Program-made: the position numbers and the translations under genes | In this document: positions 7,223-16,578 of the stretch, piece after piece | How the letters are laid out: each line of letters starts with the position of its first letter | How positions within the stretch are numbered: the first letter of the stretch is position 1 | Notes under the pieces: generated by a model | Databases searched by the model: none | Told to the model about the DNA's origin: nothing | Seen by the model: the letters and a program-made list of their open reading frames with translations, nothing else | NCBI GenBank assembly: GCA_017539865.1 | Contig: JAFYCE010000101.1 | Coordinates: 7,089-71,088, forward strand | DNA from: Alphaproteobacteria bacterium | GTDB lineage: Bacteria > Pseudomonadota > Alphaproteobacteria > CAAGCB01 > CAG-977 | Length of the DNA: 64,000 nt | Direction of reading: 5' to 3'

Positions 7223-10200
7223 ATGAGACAGACAAAAACGACAATTAAAGAATTAACCGCACGGTATAGAACGGTTTTGTTGAAGTGCGCATTGATAAAC
7301 GCCGCGTTTTTTATAACGGTCGGGACGGCAAAGGCGGAGGAAGAGATTCAACCGACAATCAATGTGTTGAAGGAATCTGCAACAGATTATTTGAATAATG
7401 AACATAAAAATTACGTGTTGGCGACGGAAAAAGGCGAACATACGGCGCAAATCGTTATCAACGGCACAACATACTATTTCACGCCGGATGAAAGCTCGCC
7501 GGAATTGAACGATGCGGTGGTAAATCTGGCGAATATAGGAGCCACCGCGCTTATTGCGGGAACGGCAAGCGATTATACTTTCTTCGTTCCGGCACCGGCA
7601 GGATATTTTAAATACGATCCCGCAAAACTGCCGTCTTCCGTTTACAGTTATTCTGATTCCGGTTCAGGGATTACTGCGGTTACTTTTGACAGCTCGCAGT
7701 ATCAGGTCATAAGTCAAACAAGCTTCGGAAGCGGGGGGGAAACCTATTCGTTTACTATAAATGAAGTACCGATAAATGCGCATTACGCATCTCCGTCTTT
7801 GATCAGACAGGTCATTGAAAGCAATGCTGATAATGTGTCAGGGGATTTTTATAATATATCGGGCGACACAATGGGCGGCGCGATTTCTTTTACCAGCACG
7901 GCGGGCGCTTATACCATAGGTTCCGTTAACAGCGATTTTATAGCCAACTATACAACGGACGGTCAAGGCGGCGCGATTTATAATTTTACGAACACGATAG
8001 GTACTATTTCGGGCGATTTTATAGATAACTATGCCGTTTCGACGGCAGATGACGCTTTGACCGCTTACGGTGGGGCCATTGTCAATCAGGGCGGTGCTGA
8101 AGGAACGGGAAAAATCGGTCTTATCAGCGGTAATTTTGTCAGAAACCATGTTGATTTATCCGCTTCGGCCGCAACAGAAAATACAAAAGTTTACGGCGGC
8201 GCGATTTTTAACTGGGATGTTGCCGAAATAGGGACTATTTCGGCGAATTTCATTGCCAACTATGCCAAAGCAAAACCCGAAAAAGAAAATCAAAATGTCG
8301 CCGGCGGTGCGATAGCGAACTTTTCCGAATCCTCTTCAGGGGCGCGTATCGGCAACATTACAGGTGATTTTATCAAAAACAACATTCAAAACGGCAACAG
8401 CAAAGCATACGGCGGCGCGATTTACAATCAATCTGTTATCGGCAATATCACCGGCGATTTTATCGCGAACACGATTACCCGAGCCGGCGGAGAAGGTTAT
8501 GGCGGCGCAATTTATAACGATGGGACTTTAGGAACGGTTACGGGCGATTTTGTCGAAAACTATGTAAAGAACAGCGCAGCCGGCAAAGCATACGGCGGCG
8601 CGGTTTATAATAACGGGACGATAGGTGCGATCACCGGCAGTTTCATAGGAAACTATGCTCAGGTAGTTGCCGGAGAGGGAACGGATGCGCACGGCGGCGC
8701 GATTTATACGAATTCTTCATTAAACTTTGTTGCCGATAACACATCAATGGTGTTTTCCGGAAACTATATCTCAAAAGACGATGGCGGAACTAAGGCTTAT
8801 GAGGCGATTTATGCGTCTTCCGCTTCCGCCGCGCTGACTTTTTCCATAAAAAATGAGGGCGAAGCGACCTTGTACGATTATATCAACGGGGTTGACGGTT
8901 ATTCGGTCAATTTCACGGGCGATGAAACCGGCACGCTCTATTTATTCAATGACATTAAAAATGCGGCTGTCACGTTGGATAAGGTCAAACTCAATCTTCA
9001 AAACAACGAAATCAAAGAATATGACGCTTTCAAAAGTTTGACATTGAACAGCGATATTCCTCTTTCGTTGGATATAAATTTGACTGGTGCTGGATCGGCA
9101 GACAAACTTTCAGCGATGAATGTTGATGCGAATGACCATTTTTTGATTATCGATTCAATCAAATTTTCAGGAGCGATGGAGGGGGCGTCGACCACTATAC
9201 CGGTGGTGGGAGACACTCTGAAAGATTATGTCAAACTTTCGGCGGATGATTTGACGGTTACAGGGCTGGGGACAGGGAATAAATATCTGATTGCGTATGT
9301 AAAAGATGCCGAAGGTGTTTTGAATGTTAAAACGGGGGCCGAAGCCACATTGGCTTCAGCGGTGGCTTCTACGGCAAGCGAGCGTGCTTATGTTTTGGGA
9401 GATAGTGAAGATATTGAGCAGAATCTCGGGGCGATGGGAGGGACGGCTCTTCATATTTTCAAAACAGGCGGCGGCATCGTCACGATAAACGGGCAAACTC
9501 ATGCGGGAATAACCGTTGGCGGCGGTCAAAGTTTGAGTATAAAGGATGTGCTATTCGCTAATTTCAGTACGGTCATCACCAATCAGGGCACATTGTCTCT
9601 GACAAATGTTCAAATCAATGGTGAAAATGCAATCGGAATCAATAATGGCGGAACATTAAAGCTGAATGGAGAAGTGATAATTGATACTTCAATCATTGAT
9701 ACGGCCGGTACGGGAAAAACGGAAATTGCGGCTGACAGCAACAACAACGTTTCTGCTGCTTTGACGCAAAATACGCTGACCGTTGCAACGGGGGCTTCTT
9801 TTACTGCGGGGACGGTGACCGTTACCAACGGCGGATCCATTGCCGCCAATGCGTCCATCTCGGGAGATATGGTTGTAAAGGGCGGTACTTTTACGGTTAG
9901 TGAAAACGGCAGTATAACAGGGACGATCGGGGTCGATCCGGCGGCGACAATGACGGTTGACAAAGGAGCTTTGGCTTCGGTTGAAAACAAAGGGACGATG
10001 CTTGTCAAAAACGCCAGTACGATAGGCGGAAATCTGGTCAATTCCGGAACAATAGGGCTTGATTCCAGCAGTGTGACCGGAAACATAACCAACTCGGGAA
10101 CGATGGGGATTAAAGACAGTGCCTCCGCTAACGTAACCAATACGGGATCATTTACGGTTGCCGGAAATTTTACGGGCAATTTGGAAAACCGTTCTCAATT

Positions 10201-11842
10201 TTCAATAAACGGAAATGTTAATTTTACCGGTTCGATTCATAATGACGCTTCCGCAAATATGAATGTCGCAAATACGCTGACCGTTTCCGGCGGTGTGACA
10301 AACGACGGCATAATAAAGGGCGGCGGAACGATCGCCGGAAACGTGACCAGCAGCGCTCAAGGAACCATCGGTACGTCGATGACAATTGGCGGAACATTGA
10401 CTTCTGCAGGGAACATCCTTTTGGAATCAAACACAACGACCCCCTATGCAATGACGGTCGATACGTTAAACATTACGGGCGGAAAACTGGTTTTATCCTC
10501 CGGAAACAAAACGTATCAGAAAGGCGATGTCGTTACGGTCATCAACTTTGATACGCTGGCGGGATTCAGCGGTTTTGAACCGTGGACGTATCTGACCGAT
10601 TTTGTTGTGGCGATGCCGCATCAGGAAGCGGATAAGATAACCGCGACGATAGATTTCATTCCAATGTCGCAGGAAGCGTCCACGTCTTCTTTCACACCCG
10701 ATGAACACAAGATTATCCAAGCCATTGATGACATTTATATGAATCAGGGCAAAGCGGATTTCGGCAGGTTTTATTTCTATACGCCGCAGGAATTGAAAGA
10801 ACAGGTCAATTTGTTGCGTTCTAAAGCCATGCCCGTTCTGAACGAACAGCTGCCTTTGACAAAAGTCATGTCATCGCAGGTTTATGCGCATCTGTTCACC
10901 AATTCAATGGTCAAAGACGCGGGAACGCTTTACCATCCGCATGTTCCCATGCAGCGGTTCCAAGGGGGCTATTATCGCGGGCGTTCCGGCGGTAGTACGC
11001 TGAAAAATCAGAAAGTGTGGGGGCAAATTCTGGGCGGCGTCACCAAAGAGGACGGAGACGCTTCTGTCGGTCGGAATGATTCAACGACCAGATCCGTCGG
11101 GGTCATGTTCGGATACGACCATGAAACTTCGGAAAAATTCATGTTCGGTTTTACGGCGGGAATGGCTTCCGCGAAATTAAGTCAGGATAATAATAAAGTC
11201 GATCTTCGCGATTATAGGGCGGGTTTCTATACCGCATCGCGATTCGGGCGCATGACGTTGAATACTCTGACGATGGGCGGCTTCCAACAGTATAATACCG
11301 AAAAGAATATGACGCTGGCCGGAATGGAAACCAAAAACAAAGCCGATTTTAACGGATATTCGGCGGAATTTAACGTCAATCTGGGATACGATTTCATGAA
11401 GGTACCGTATCGGGATTATTCTTTCCATATCCGTTCCTATCTGTCGGCGGATGTCAGTTATCTTCATCAGGACGCCTATAAGGAAAAAGGCAGCGTTATA
11501 TCGGCGATCGGTCTGAAAGCGATAGATGATACGTCGGTCAGTGTTTCTCCGGGGATAACGTTCGGTTATACTTTTTCGGAATCGGTTTTGACGGCGGATA
11601 TCGGATATCAACGTCTTCTCAGCGGCGGTTCGTTGCACAGTTCGGCTTATTTCGCGGCGGATGAAACTAAAACGACGTTTGCGTCGTTTGAAACAGAAGC
11701 GGATAAGGATTTCCTGAATGCCGGATTGGGCTTTAAAACAAAATTGACGCGCGATTGCCAGCTGAATTTGTGGGCGGGAACCAGAATATCCGACAAAACA
11801 AGCTCGTTGAATTTTGCAGCGACGTTTTCCTATGCGTTTTAA
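7223..11842 (+). CDS. Pmp-like autotransporter adhesin (type Va secretion): beta-helical passenger plus C-terminal beta-barrel.
   Basis: Start re-set to MRQTKTT (extended signal peptide ending ...TAKA). Nine GGA[IV]...FxxN repeats. The C-terminal 280 aa have alternating aromatic/hydrophobic beta strands ending ...ATFSYAF (terminal Phe). Confidence 0.85.
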   Translation: MRQTKTTIKELTARYRTVLLKCALINAAFFITVGTAKAEEEIQPTINVLKESATDYLNNEHKNYVLATEKGEHTAQIVINGTTYYFTPDESSPELNDAVVNLANIGATALIAGTASDYTFFVPAPAGYFKYDPAKLPSSVYSYSDSGSGITAVTFDSSQYQVISQTSFGSGGETYSFTINEVPINAHYASPSLIRQVIESNADNVSGDFYNISGDTMGGAISFTSTAGAYTIGSVNSDFIANYTTDGQGGAIYNFTNTIGTISGDFIDNYAVSTADDALTAYGGAIVNQGGAEGTGKIGLISGNFVRNHVDLSASAATENTKVYGGAIFNWDVAEIGTISANFIANYAKAKPEKENQNVAGGAIANFSESSSGARIGNITGDFIKNNIQNGNSKAYGGAIYNQSVIGNITGDFIANTITRAGGEGYGGAIYNDGTLGTVTGDFVENYVKNSAAGKAYGGAVYNNGTIGAITGSFIGNYAQVVAGEGTDAHGGAIYTNSSLNFVADNTSMVFSGNYISKDDGGTKAYEAIYASSASAALTFSIKNEGEATLYDYINGVDGYSVNFTGDETGTLYLFNDIKNAAVTLDKVKLNLQNNEIKEYDAFKSLTLNSDIPLSLDINLTGAGSADKLSAMNVDANDHFLIIDSIKFSGAMEGASTTIPVVGDTLKDYVKLSADDLTVTGLGTGNKYLIAYVKDAEGVLNVKTGAEATLASAVASTASERAYVLGDSEDIEQNLGAMGGTALHIFKTGGGIVTINGQTHAGITVGGGQSLSIKDVLFANFSTVITNQGTLSLTNVQINGENAIGINNGGTLKLNGEVIIDTSIIDTAGTGKTEIAADSNNNVSAALTQNTLTVATGASFTAGTVTVTNGGSIAANASISGDMVVKGGTFTVSENGSITGTIGVDPAATMTVDKGALASVENKGTMLVKNASTIGGNLVNSGTIGLDSSSVTGNITNSGTMGIKDSASANVTNTGSFTVAGNFTGNLENRSQFSINGNVNFTGSIHNDASANMNVANTLTVSGGVTNDGIIKGGGTIAGNVTSSAQGTIGTSMTIGGTLTSAGNILLESNTTTPYAMTVDTLNITGGKLVLSSGNKTYQKGDVVTVINFDTLAGFSGFEPWTYLTDFVVAMPHQEADKITATIDFIPMSQEASTSSFTPDEHKIIQAIDDIYMNQGKADFGRFYFYTPQELKEQVNLLRSKAMPVLNEQLPLTKVMSSQVYAHLFTNSMVKDAGTLYHPHVPMQRFQGGYYRGRSGGSTLKNQKVWGQILGGVTKEDGDASVGRNDSTTRSVGVMFGYDHETSEKFMFGFTAGMASAKLSQDNNKVDLRDYRAGFYTASRFGRMTLNTLTMGGFQQYNTEKNMTLAGMETKNKADFNGYSAEFNVNLGYDFMKVPYRDYSFHIRSYLSADVSYLHQDAYKEKGSVISAIGLKAIDDTSVSVSPGITFGYTFSESVLTADIGYQRLLSGGSLHSSAYFAADETKTTFASFETEADKDFLNAGLGFKTKLTRDCQLNLWAGTRISDKTSSLNFAATFSYAF
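7840..8720 (+). repeat. Array of nine GGAI / FxxN (Pmp-type) passenger repeats inside the autotransporter.
   Basis: GGAISF..SDFIANY; GGAIYNF..GDFIDNY; GGAIVN..GNFVRNH; GGAIFN..ANFIANY; GGAIANF..GDFIKNN; GGAIYNQ..GDFIANT; GGAIYND..GDFVENY; GGAVYNN..GSFIGNY; GGAIYTN..SGNY. Confidence 0.8.
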
Positions 11843-11862
11843 GCGTTGACATTCAATCGAAA

Positions 11863-11892
11863 AGAAGCCTCCCGTTCGGGGGGCTTTTTTAT
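11863..11892 (+). terminator. Rho-independent terminator of the autotransporter gene.
   Basis: AAGCCTCCCG-ttcg-GGGGGCTT followed by TTTTTAT. Confidence 0.75.
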
Positions 11893-12001
11893 GACTTTTT
11901 GATGACAATATTTCTGAAAACAGGGTGTATTTTGGACATAAACCGTTAAGAAACATTATTTTTCAATATGTTAAGTTGTTTCTACCCCCCCGCGAATTTA
12001 A

Positions 12002-12029
12002 TTGACTCATACACGTTTTTGTCTACAAT
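12002..12029 (+). promoter_or_regulatory. Sigma70-like promoter for the 12066 gene.
   Basis: TTGACT, a 16-nt spacer, then TACAAT, about 35 nt upstream of the RBS AGGAGGGG. Confidence 0.4.
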
Positions 12030-12065
12030 AGTACTCTATTGAATATTTTTACACAGGAGGGGATT

Positions 12066-12812
12066 ATGCCTTTTTCAAACGATGCTTCTATAAAAGCGTT
12101 AGATTTTTTAAACGGGCGGCGCGGTAGACCGGAATATAAAGTCGCTGCAGATACCGCCCAAAAAGCGCGTCTGAACCGTATTCAAACGATGATGCGGGGA
12201 AGTGACATCGGAAAGCAGTGCGTGGATTATTTGGAAAAAACCGGATGTGAAGTCGTTTTTGAACCGACCGCGCAAAACATCTCCGGTTTTGATGAAATGC
12301 ACAGAAAACTGATTATGAATCCCGCCATTTCCGAAGAAGGTGCCGCGCTGTGCATCATTCAGGCGGCGTGTCACAGAAGACAGGACAGGCAGAACAACTG
12401 GGATATGTTGGCGGAAGAATCTCCGCTTGACAAAAGCTTTTTCAAAATAATCCGTCAGGCCGACGTGACGGCGACACAGGCTCTTTTCGCTTATGAAATG
12501 AAGGAAAAGAACCCGAAGGTCATGGAATTGTTCAACGCGAACGGATATAAGGACGTATCGGATAAGCTGGAAGAATCCATGAAGGAATCGCCGGATAAGG
12601 ATATCGCCCGCACAAAGGCCGTTATTCAGTATTACCACAACAACGACCGTAAAACACCGTGGATGCCGGCCCACATCATTCGCGAGTCGGTTTGCACGAA
12701 TTTCAACGGCAGAACGTATTTCGACGAAAGACAGGTCGAACGTCCGCCGCAGAATGCTTGGGTTGATTTCTTAAGTACCGCGATGGCGATGAATAGACAG
12801 GGCGGCAGATAA
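12066..12812 (+). CDS. Hypothetical protein (248 aa, soluble, no recognised domain).
   Basis: Strong RBS ACAGGAGGGGATT-ATG. It has its own promoter and a bidirectional terminator. Confidence 0.5.
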   Translation: MPFSNDASIKALDFLNGRRGRPEYKVAADTAQKARLNRIQTMMRGSDIGKQCVDYLEKTGCEVVFEPTAQNISGFDEMHRKLIMNPAISEEGAALCIIQAACHRRQDRQNNWDMLAEESPLDKSFFKIIRQADVTATQALFAYEMKEKNPKVMELFNANGYKDVSDKLEESMKESPDKDIARTKAVIQYYHNNDRKTPWMPAHIIRESVCTNFNGRTYFDERQVERPPQNAWVDFLSTAMAMNRQGGR

Positions 12813-12825
12813 GTTTCCCTGCGTT

Positions 12826-12867
12826 AAAAAAACACCCCGTCGAAAAAATCGGCGGGGCGTTTTTTTA
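12826..12867. terminator. Bidirectional rho-independent terminator between convergent genes.
   Basis: AAAAAAA-CACCCCGTCG-aaaaaat-CGGCGGGGCG followed by TTTTTTT. Confidence 0.7.
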
Positions 12868-12875
12868 CGGCTTGT

Positions 12876-13613
12876 TCAGGTCGCGAAGCTTTTGACCAGA
12901 CTGCCGACCAGCATGTACCAACCGTCAATCAGGACAAAGAAAATCAACTTGAACGGCATGGACAGCATGGACGGCGGCAACATCATCATCCCCATGCTCA
13001 TCAGAACGGACGCGACGACCATGTCGATAATCAAAAACGGAACGAAGATCAAAAATCCGATTTCGAAAGCGCGGCGCAGCTCGCTGACCATAAACGCCGG
13101 TATCAAAGCGGTCAAAGGCGTGTCTTCCGGTTTTTCGACTTGCGGCGTTTTGGATATATCCATGAACAACTGCAAATCTTTTTCACGGACGTTTTTTAAC
13201 ATGAATTCTTTAAACGGCTGAACCGTACGTTCCACCGCCGTTTTCGTTTCGATTTTTTCTTCAATCAGAGGATAGATGCCGGTATCCCATGCCTTTTCAA
13301 ACGTCGGCGTCATGATGAATCCGGTCATGAACAAAGCCAGTGCGACCAAAATCATGTTGGACGGCGTTTGCGATGTTCCCAGAGCCTGTCGCGTAATGGA
13401 AAAAACGATCGCGATACGGGTGAACGAGGTCACCATGATTAAAATGCTGGGCGCGACGGACAAAACGGTCATCAGTAAAACCAGCTGGATGATGCGCGCC
13501 GTGGACGAACCGCCGGAATCGCCCAAATCAATATTGATGCTTTGCGCCCACGCCGGTGCGGCGGCCGTCATGACCGGCAAAACGAAAAAGAGAAGCTTTT
13601 TAAATGTTGTCAT
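12876..13613 (-). CDS. fliP: Flagellar biosynthesis protein FliP.
   Basis: Signal peptide plus four TM segments. Conserved FliP stretches: TSFTRIAIVFSITRQALGT, PSNMILVALALFMT, MSMGMMMLPP. Confidence 0.85.
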   Translation of the reverse strand: MTTFKKLLFFVLPVMTAAAPAWAQSINIDLGDSGGSSTARIIQLVLLMTVLSVAPSILIMVTSFTRIAIVFSITRQALGTSQTPSNMILVALALFMTGFIMTPTFEKAWDTGIYPLIEEKIETKTAVERTVQPFKEFMLKNVREKDLQLFMDISKTPQVEKPEDTPLTALIPAFMVSELRRAFEIGFLIFVPFLIIDMVVASVLMSMGMMMLPPSMLSMPFKLIFFVLIDGWYMLVGSLVKSFAT

Positions 13614-13902
13614 GCGGTTTCTCCTGATCTTCGCAGAGAAAAGAATCGACAACGCAATTCGTTTCACCGGTCAAAACCAAATAGTCCTTATTGCGAAGAC
13701 GAAACAGAACCAGACGGTTTTTAGGATCGATGACACGCAGATCCAAGATATTGATCTCCGATTTTTTTACAGAGGAGGATATCCCCGTTATCCATCGTGT
13801 TCCGAACCGTTTGAACAAATAGGTCAATAAAAAAATAACGCCCAGAACAAAAATCAGTCCGAGTAAAGCGGATAAAAAAGAAGCTTCGTGTTCCATAGTC
13901 AT
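13600..13902 (-). CDS. fliO: FliO-like small single-pass membrane protein.
   Basis: 100 aa with one N-terminal TM helix, overlapping the fliP start. Position and topology fit FliO/FliZ. Confidence 0.5.
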   Translation of the reverse strand: MTMEHEASFLSALLGLIFVLGVIFLLTYLFKRFGTRWITGISSSVKKSEINILDLRVIDPKNRLVLFRLRNKDYLVLTGETNCVVDSFLCEDQEKPHDNI

Positions 13903-14171
13903 CCTTTGGCAAGAGGTGAGTCGTCTTTTTCCAGTTGTTTTTCCATAATCGTGCGAAGTTGATCCATTTGCTCCGATAATCGGGTCAAAACGGGTTTAAG
14001 CGTCCGGCAGTCCGCGTATCCTTCTTCTTTTATCAAACGGCAGATATTGCCGACAATGTCTTTCAATGAAGAAATGCTGACGATCCGTCCGCCGTTTATC
14101 AAATCCGCGGCGGCAGTCAGCAAGGCATCGGCTTTATCCAATTCGATTTGAATGTGTTCTATTGATGTCAT
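13899..14171 (-). CDS. Hypothetical soluble protein (90 aa) inside the flagellar gene run.
   Basis: ATGA overlap with fliO. Helical, not FliQ (no TM segments). Confidence 0.35.
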   Translation of the reverse strand: MTSIEHIQIELDKADALLTAAADLINGGRIVSISSLKDIVGNICRLIKEEGYADCRTLKPVLTRLSEQMDQLRTIMEKQLEKDDSPLAKG

Positions 14172-14461
14172 GACAGGACAAACCCCTTTTCAACGGAAAC
14201 ATTGAGTTCGTAAACGTAAGACAGAATTTCGGCAACGGCGGCGAACGCTTCGGGCGGAATTTCGCTGTCTAAATCCAAAGCGGCCAGAATCTCGGCCAAA
14301 TCGGCGTCCTGACGTACTTTGATTCCTGCGGCAAAAGCCAGCTCCAAAATCTTTTCGGCCAAATGACCGTATCCGCCGGCCGTTACGGTAGGCACTCCGC
14401 CTTTTTCCGGATCGTGTTTCAAAGCGACGGCAACCGCTCTTTTGGATTGATTCTGCGTCAT
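14168..14461 (-). CDS. FlhB C-terminal-domain-like protein (EscU/YscU/FlhB family small paralog).
   Basis: About 98 aa, soluble. The ...PTVTAGGYGHLAEKILELAFAAGIKV... stretch resembles the FlhB autocleavage/C-terminal domain paralogs (YlqH-type). Confidence 0.55.
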   Translation of the reverse strand: MTQNQSKRAVAVALKHDPEKGGVPTVTAGGYGHLAEKILELAFAAGIKVRQDADLAEILAALDLDSEIPPEAFAAVAEILSYVYELNVSVEKGFVLS

Positions 14462-14575
14462 TAAGACTCCGTTCTGTTTCAATCAAGTCTGACTCTTCGG
14501 ACTTAAAAAAAATTTAACGTTGATAAAAATAAGTTTTTATGCGAAAATTGGACAAAATTTGAAAGGATGTTTTTT

Positions 14576-15679
14576 ATGGATTCTTTTTCACGTCAGAACT
14601 TGACACGCCTTTTAAAACAGGCGGCTCAAAAGCCCGTTTGCGTTTTTACGGATTTGGATCAGACTTCCTGCATGGAAGGCAACAAGGAATACGCTGCGGA
14701 AAACAAAGCCGAAACAGGACGTCCCGCTTGCTATATGCAGCCGGAGATCAGACGCGCTTTGACCGATTTGCCTAAATCCGGCAGCGGATTTTACATTGTG
14801 ACCGGCCGTCACTGGGAAGATGTACGTATCAACGACGTGACCGGCGAAAAAATACCGGACGGAGCCTTCCATGATTTGCTGGGCGGCGTTAAGGATTTTG
14901 AAAACGCTTCCGTGGTGGCGGGACACGGCCGTTTGTTGGTCGAAAACGGAAAAACGACTGTTTTATGCCGTTCCGCTTCAAAGGAAGACGCGTTTAAGGA
15001 ACAGAAATTCGAACGCTATATCGGTGAAAACGTCATGGCGCTGAAAAAAGAAATCTTTGAACGCTGGCCGGAAGCGCGCGGTCATATCTTGGCCGAGTAC
15101 AAAAAGCATTTGAGCTATCTGAATCTGGCCGAGTTTGTCGAGTCGTCGCCTGAAAAAGGCAAAGAGATGTTCGCTTTTGTCGATCAACGCATGAAATATG
15201 TGATGGAAGGCAAAAATCCCGACGGGACAAAAAATCCGAACGCGCCGGAAAACCCGAACAACGCTTTGTATTATACTGTGGAGCCGACCGGTTCCATGGA
15301 AGTTCGTTCCAGAAACCAGTGCAAGCGCAACGGTGTCGAAAAGTCGGGCTTTTTGGAAAAAGCGTTTGAACAGGGCGGCCCCGTTCTGGTATTGTGCGAC
15401 AGTTTGGCGAAAAACGGCACGGATCGCGATATGGTTGAAGCCGTCCGCGATTATTTTCAGGCAAAAGGCGCGGCCGACCGCGTGTTTGTCATTCATGTGA
15501 TGAACGGCGAAAAGAACCGCATTACGGATAAATCGGATACGTGTTTCCCGACAATCGCCGTGAAGAATCCCGATGAGTTGGGGCAGATCATGAAAATGGT
15601 CGCCGGCCATTCCCGTTCGCGGAATGCCAAAGAAGCGGCTTTGACGCAAACAATGCTGAAGGGACGCGCCGGTCGTTAA
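14576..15679 (+). CDS. HAD-IIB, trehalose-phosphatase-like protein with a degenerate motif IV.
   Basis: Motif I VFTDLDQT (DxDxT), motif II IVTGRHWED, and an AGHG..NGKT block like OtsB. Motif IV is LCDSLAKNGTDRD instead of GDDxTDE. Confidence 0.45.
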   Translation: MDSFSRQNLTRLLKQAAQKPVCVFTDLDQTSCMEGNKEYAAENKAETGRPACYMQPEIRRALTDLPKSGSGFYIVTGRHWEDVRINDVTGEKIPDGAFHDLLGGVKDFENASVVAGHGRLLVENGKTTVLCRSASKEDAFKEQKFERYIGENVMALKKEIFERWPEARGHILAEYKKHLSYLNLAEFVESSPEKGKEMFAFVDQRMKYVMEGKNPDGTKNPNAPENPNNALYYTVEPTGSMEVRSRNQCKRNGVEKSGFLEKAFEQGGPVLVLCDSLAKNGTDRDMVEAVRDYFQAKGAADRVFVIHVMNGEKNRITDKSDTCFPTIAVKNPDELGQIMKMVAGHSRSRNAKEAALTQTMLKGRAGR

Positions 15680-15693
15680 CAAAAGCGATAACT

Positions 15694-15727
15694 TAAAAAA
15701 ACGGAGGATTTTTCCTCCGTTTTTTTA
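15694..15727. terminator. Bidirectional terminator.
   Basis: AAAAAAA-CGGAGGA-ttttt-CCTCCG followed by TTTTTTTAT. Confidence 0.75.
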
Positions 15728-16564
15728 TCTTTCCGTATTTTGCCTTTTTTTAGCGGTTATCAACGTTTCATTTTTAGATTTTTGCCTGTCATGATTCAAA
15801 AGAATCTGCTGCAAATTTTCTTTCGGGGCTTTATCGGCTTTGGAAATCGGGACGGAAATGCCGTGCGCCTCTCCCGAATATGAAACGCTGGCCGCTCCGT
15901 GGTGTTCCAGTGACGTATCGTGATGTCCCCAGCCGCTGCCGGAAAGGTATGCTCCTATGCTTAAACCGACGGTAGTGGCTTCCCGCAGGATATCTTTCGG
16001 TTTGGCGGTTCCTTTGACCCATTTTTTCGTTACCGCGGTCAAAGCTTTGATTTCCGGCGTTACGACCAATGCCGCGATACCTGTCCGCGCAATCAGTTTT
16101 CCATTGACCGCACCCGTCAGACCGCAAGCGACGACCGCCGCCCCTAAAGAAGCGAAAAGCATTGTTTTTGCAGCTTCTTTTCGATTTTTCTTGATAAAGT
16201 CGATGACGCCGGTCACTTTTCCTTCTTTGCGCTGTTGCTCCGCTTCACGGAACATGGGTTTCAACGCTTTGACGGCGTTGTATGTTCCCAAAGCGACCAA
16301 AGCGGGACCGCCGATTTGGCCGGCAATGTAGTATTTACTGATTCCCATGACCATATTGCGTATTTTTGTATAGTTGTTTTTAAAGCGATTGGTCATTTTT
16401 TTGTCAAATCGGATTATTTTATCCTTGACCGTTTTCAAAAGGGGAACGGAATCGATGACCTTATTTCTTTTTTGGGACACCCGGCGCTGTATCATCGCTG
16501 CATTTTGTGTAGCGGTGGCTGCAAAAGCTTCAATCGTTTCCTGTTTTAATGAAAGCCGTGCCAT
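15725..16564 (-). CDS. Hypothetical membrane protein.
   Basis: 279 aa with several hydrophobic segments (e.g. MLFASLGAAVVACGLTGAV). No known motif. Confidence 0.45.
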   Translation of the reverse strand: MARLSLKQETIEAFAATATQNAAMIQRRVSQKRNKVIDSVPLLKTVKDKIIRFDKKMTNRFKNNYTKIRNMVMGISKYYIAGQIGGPALVALGTYNAVKALKPMFREAEQQRKEGKVTGVIDFIKKNRKEAAKTMLFASLGAAVVACGLTGAVNGKLIARTGIAALVVTPEIKALTAVTKKWVKGTAKPKDILREATTVGLSIGAYLSGSGWGHHDTSLEHHGAASVSYSGEAHGISVPISKADKAPKENLQQILLNHDRQKSKNETLITAKKRQNTER

Positions 16565-16578
16565 TTTTTCATCCTTTT

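Noticed and set aside
11177-11956. A 259-aa minus-strand ORF overlapping the autotransporter 3' end and its terminator.
   Set aside because: Runs straight through a strong terminator hairpin. Antisense to the beta-barrel domain. Arg-rich.
14978-15682. A 234-aa minus-strand ORF opposite the HAD-like gene.
   Set aside because: Antisense shadow ORF. The HAD-like frame has the recognisable motifs.
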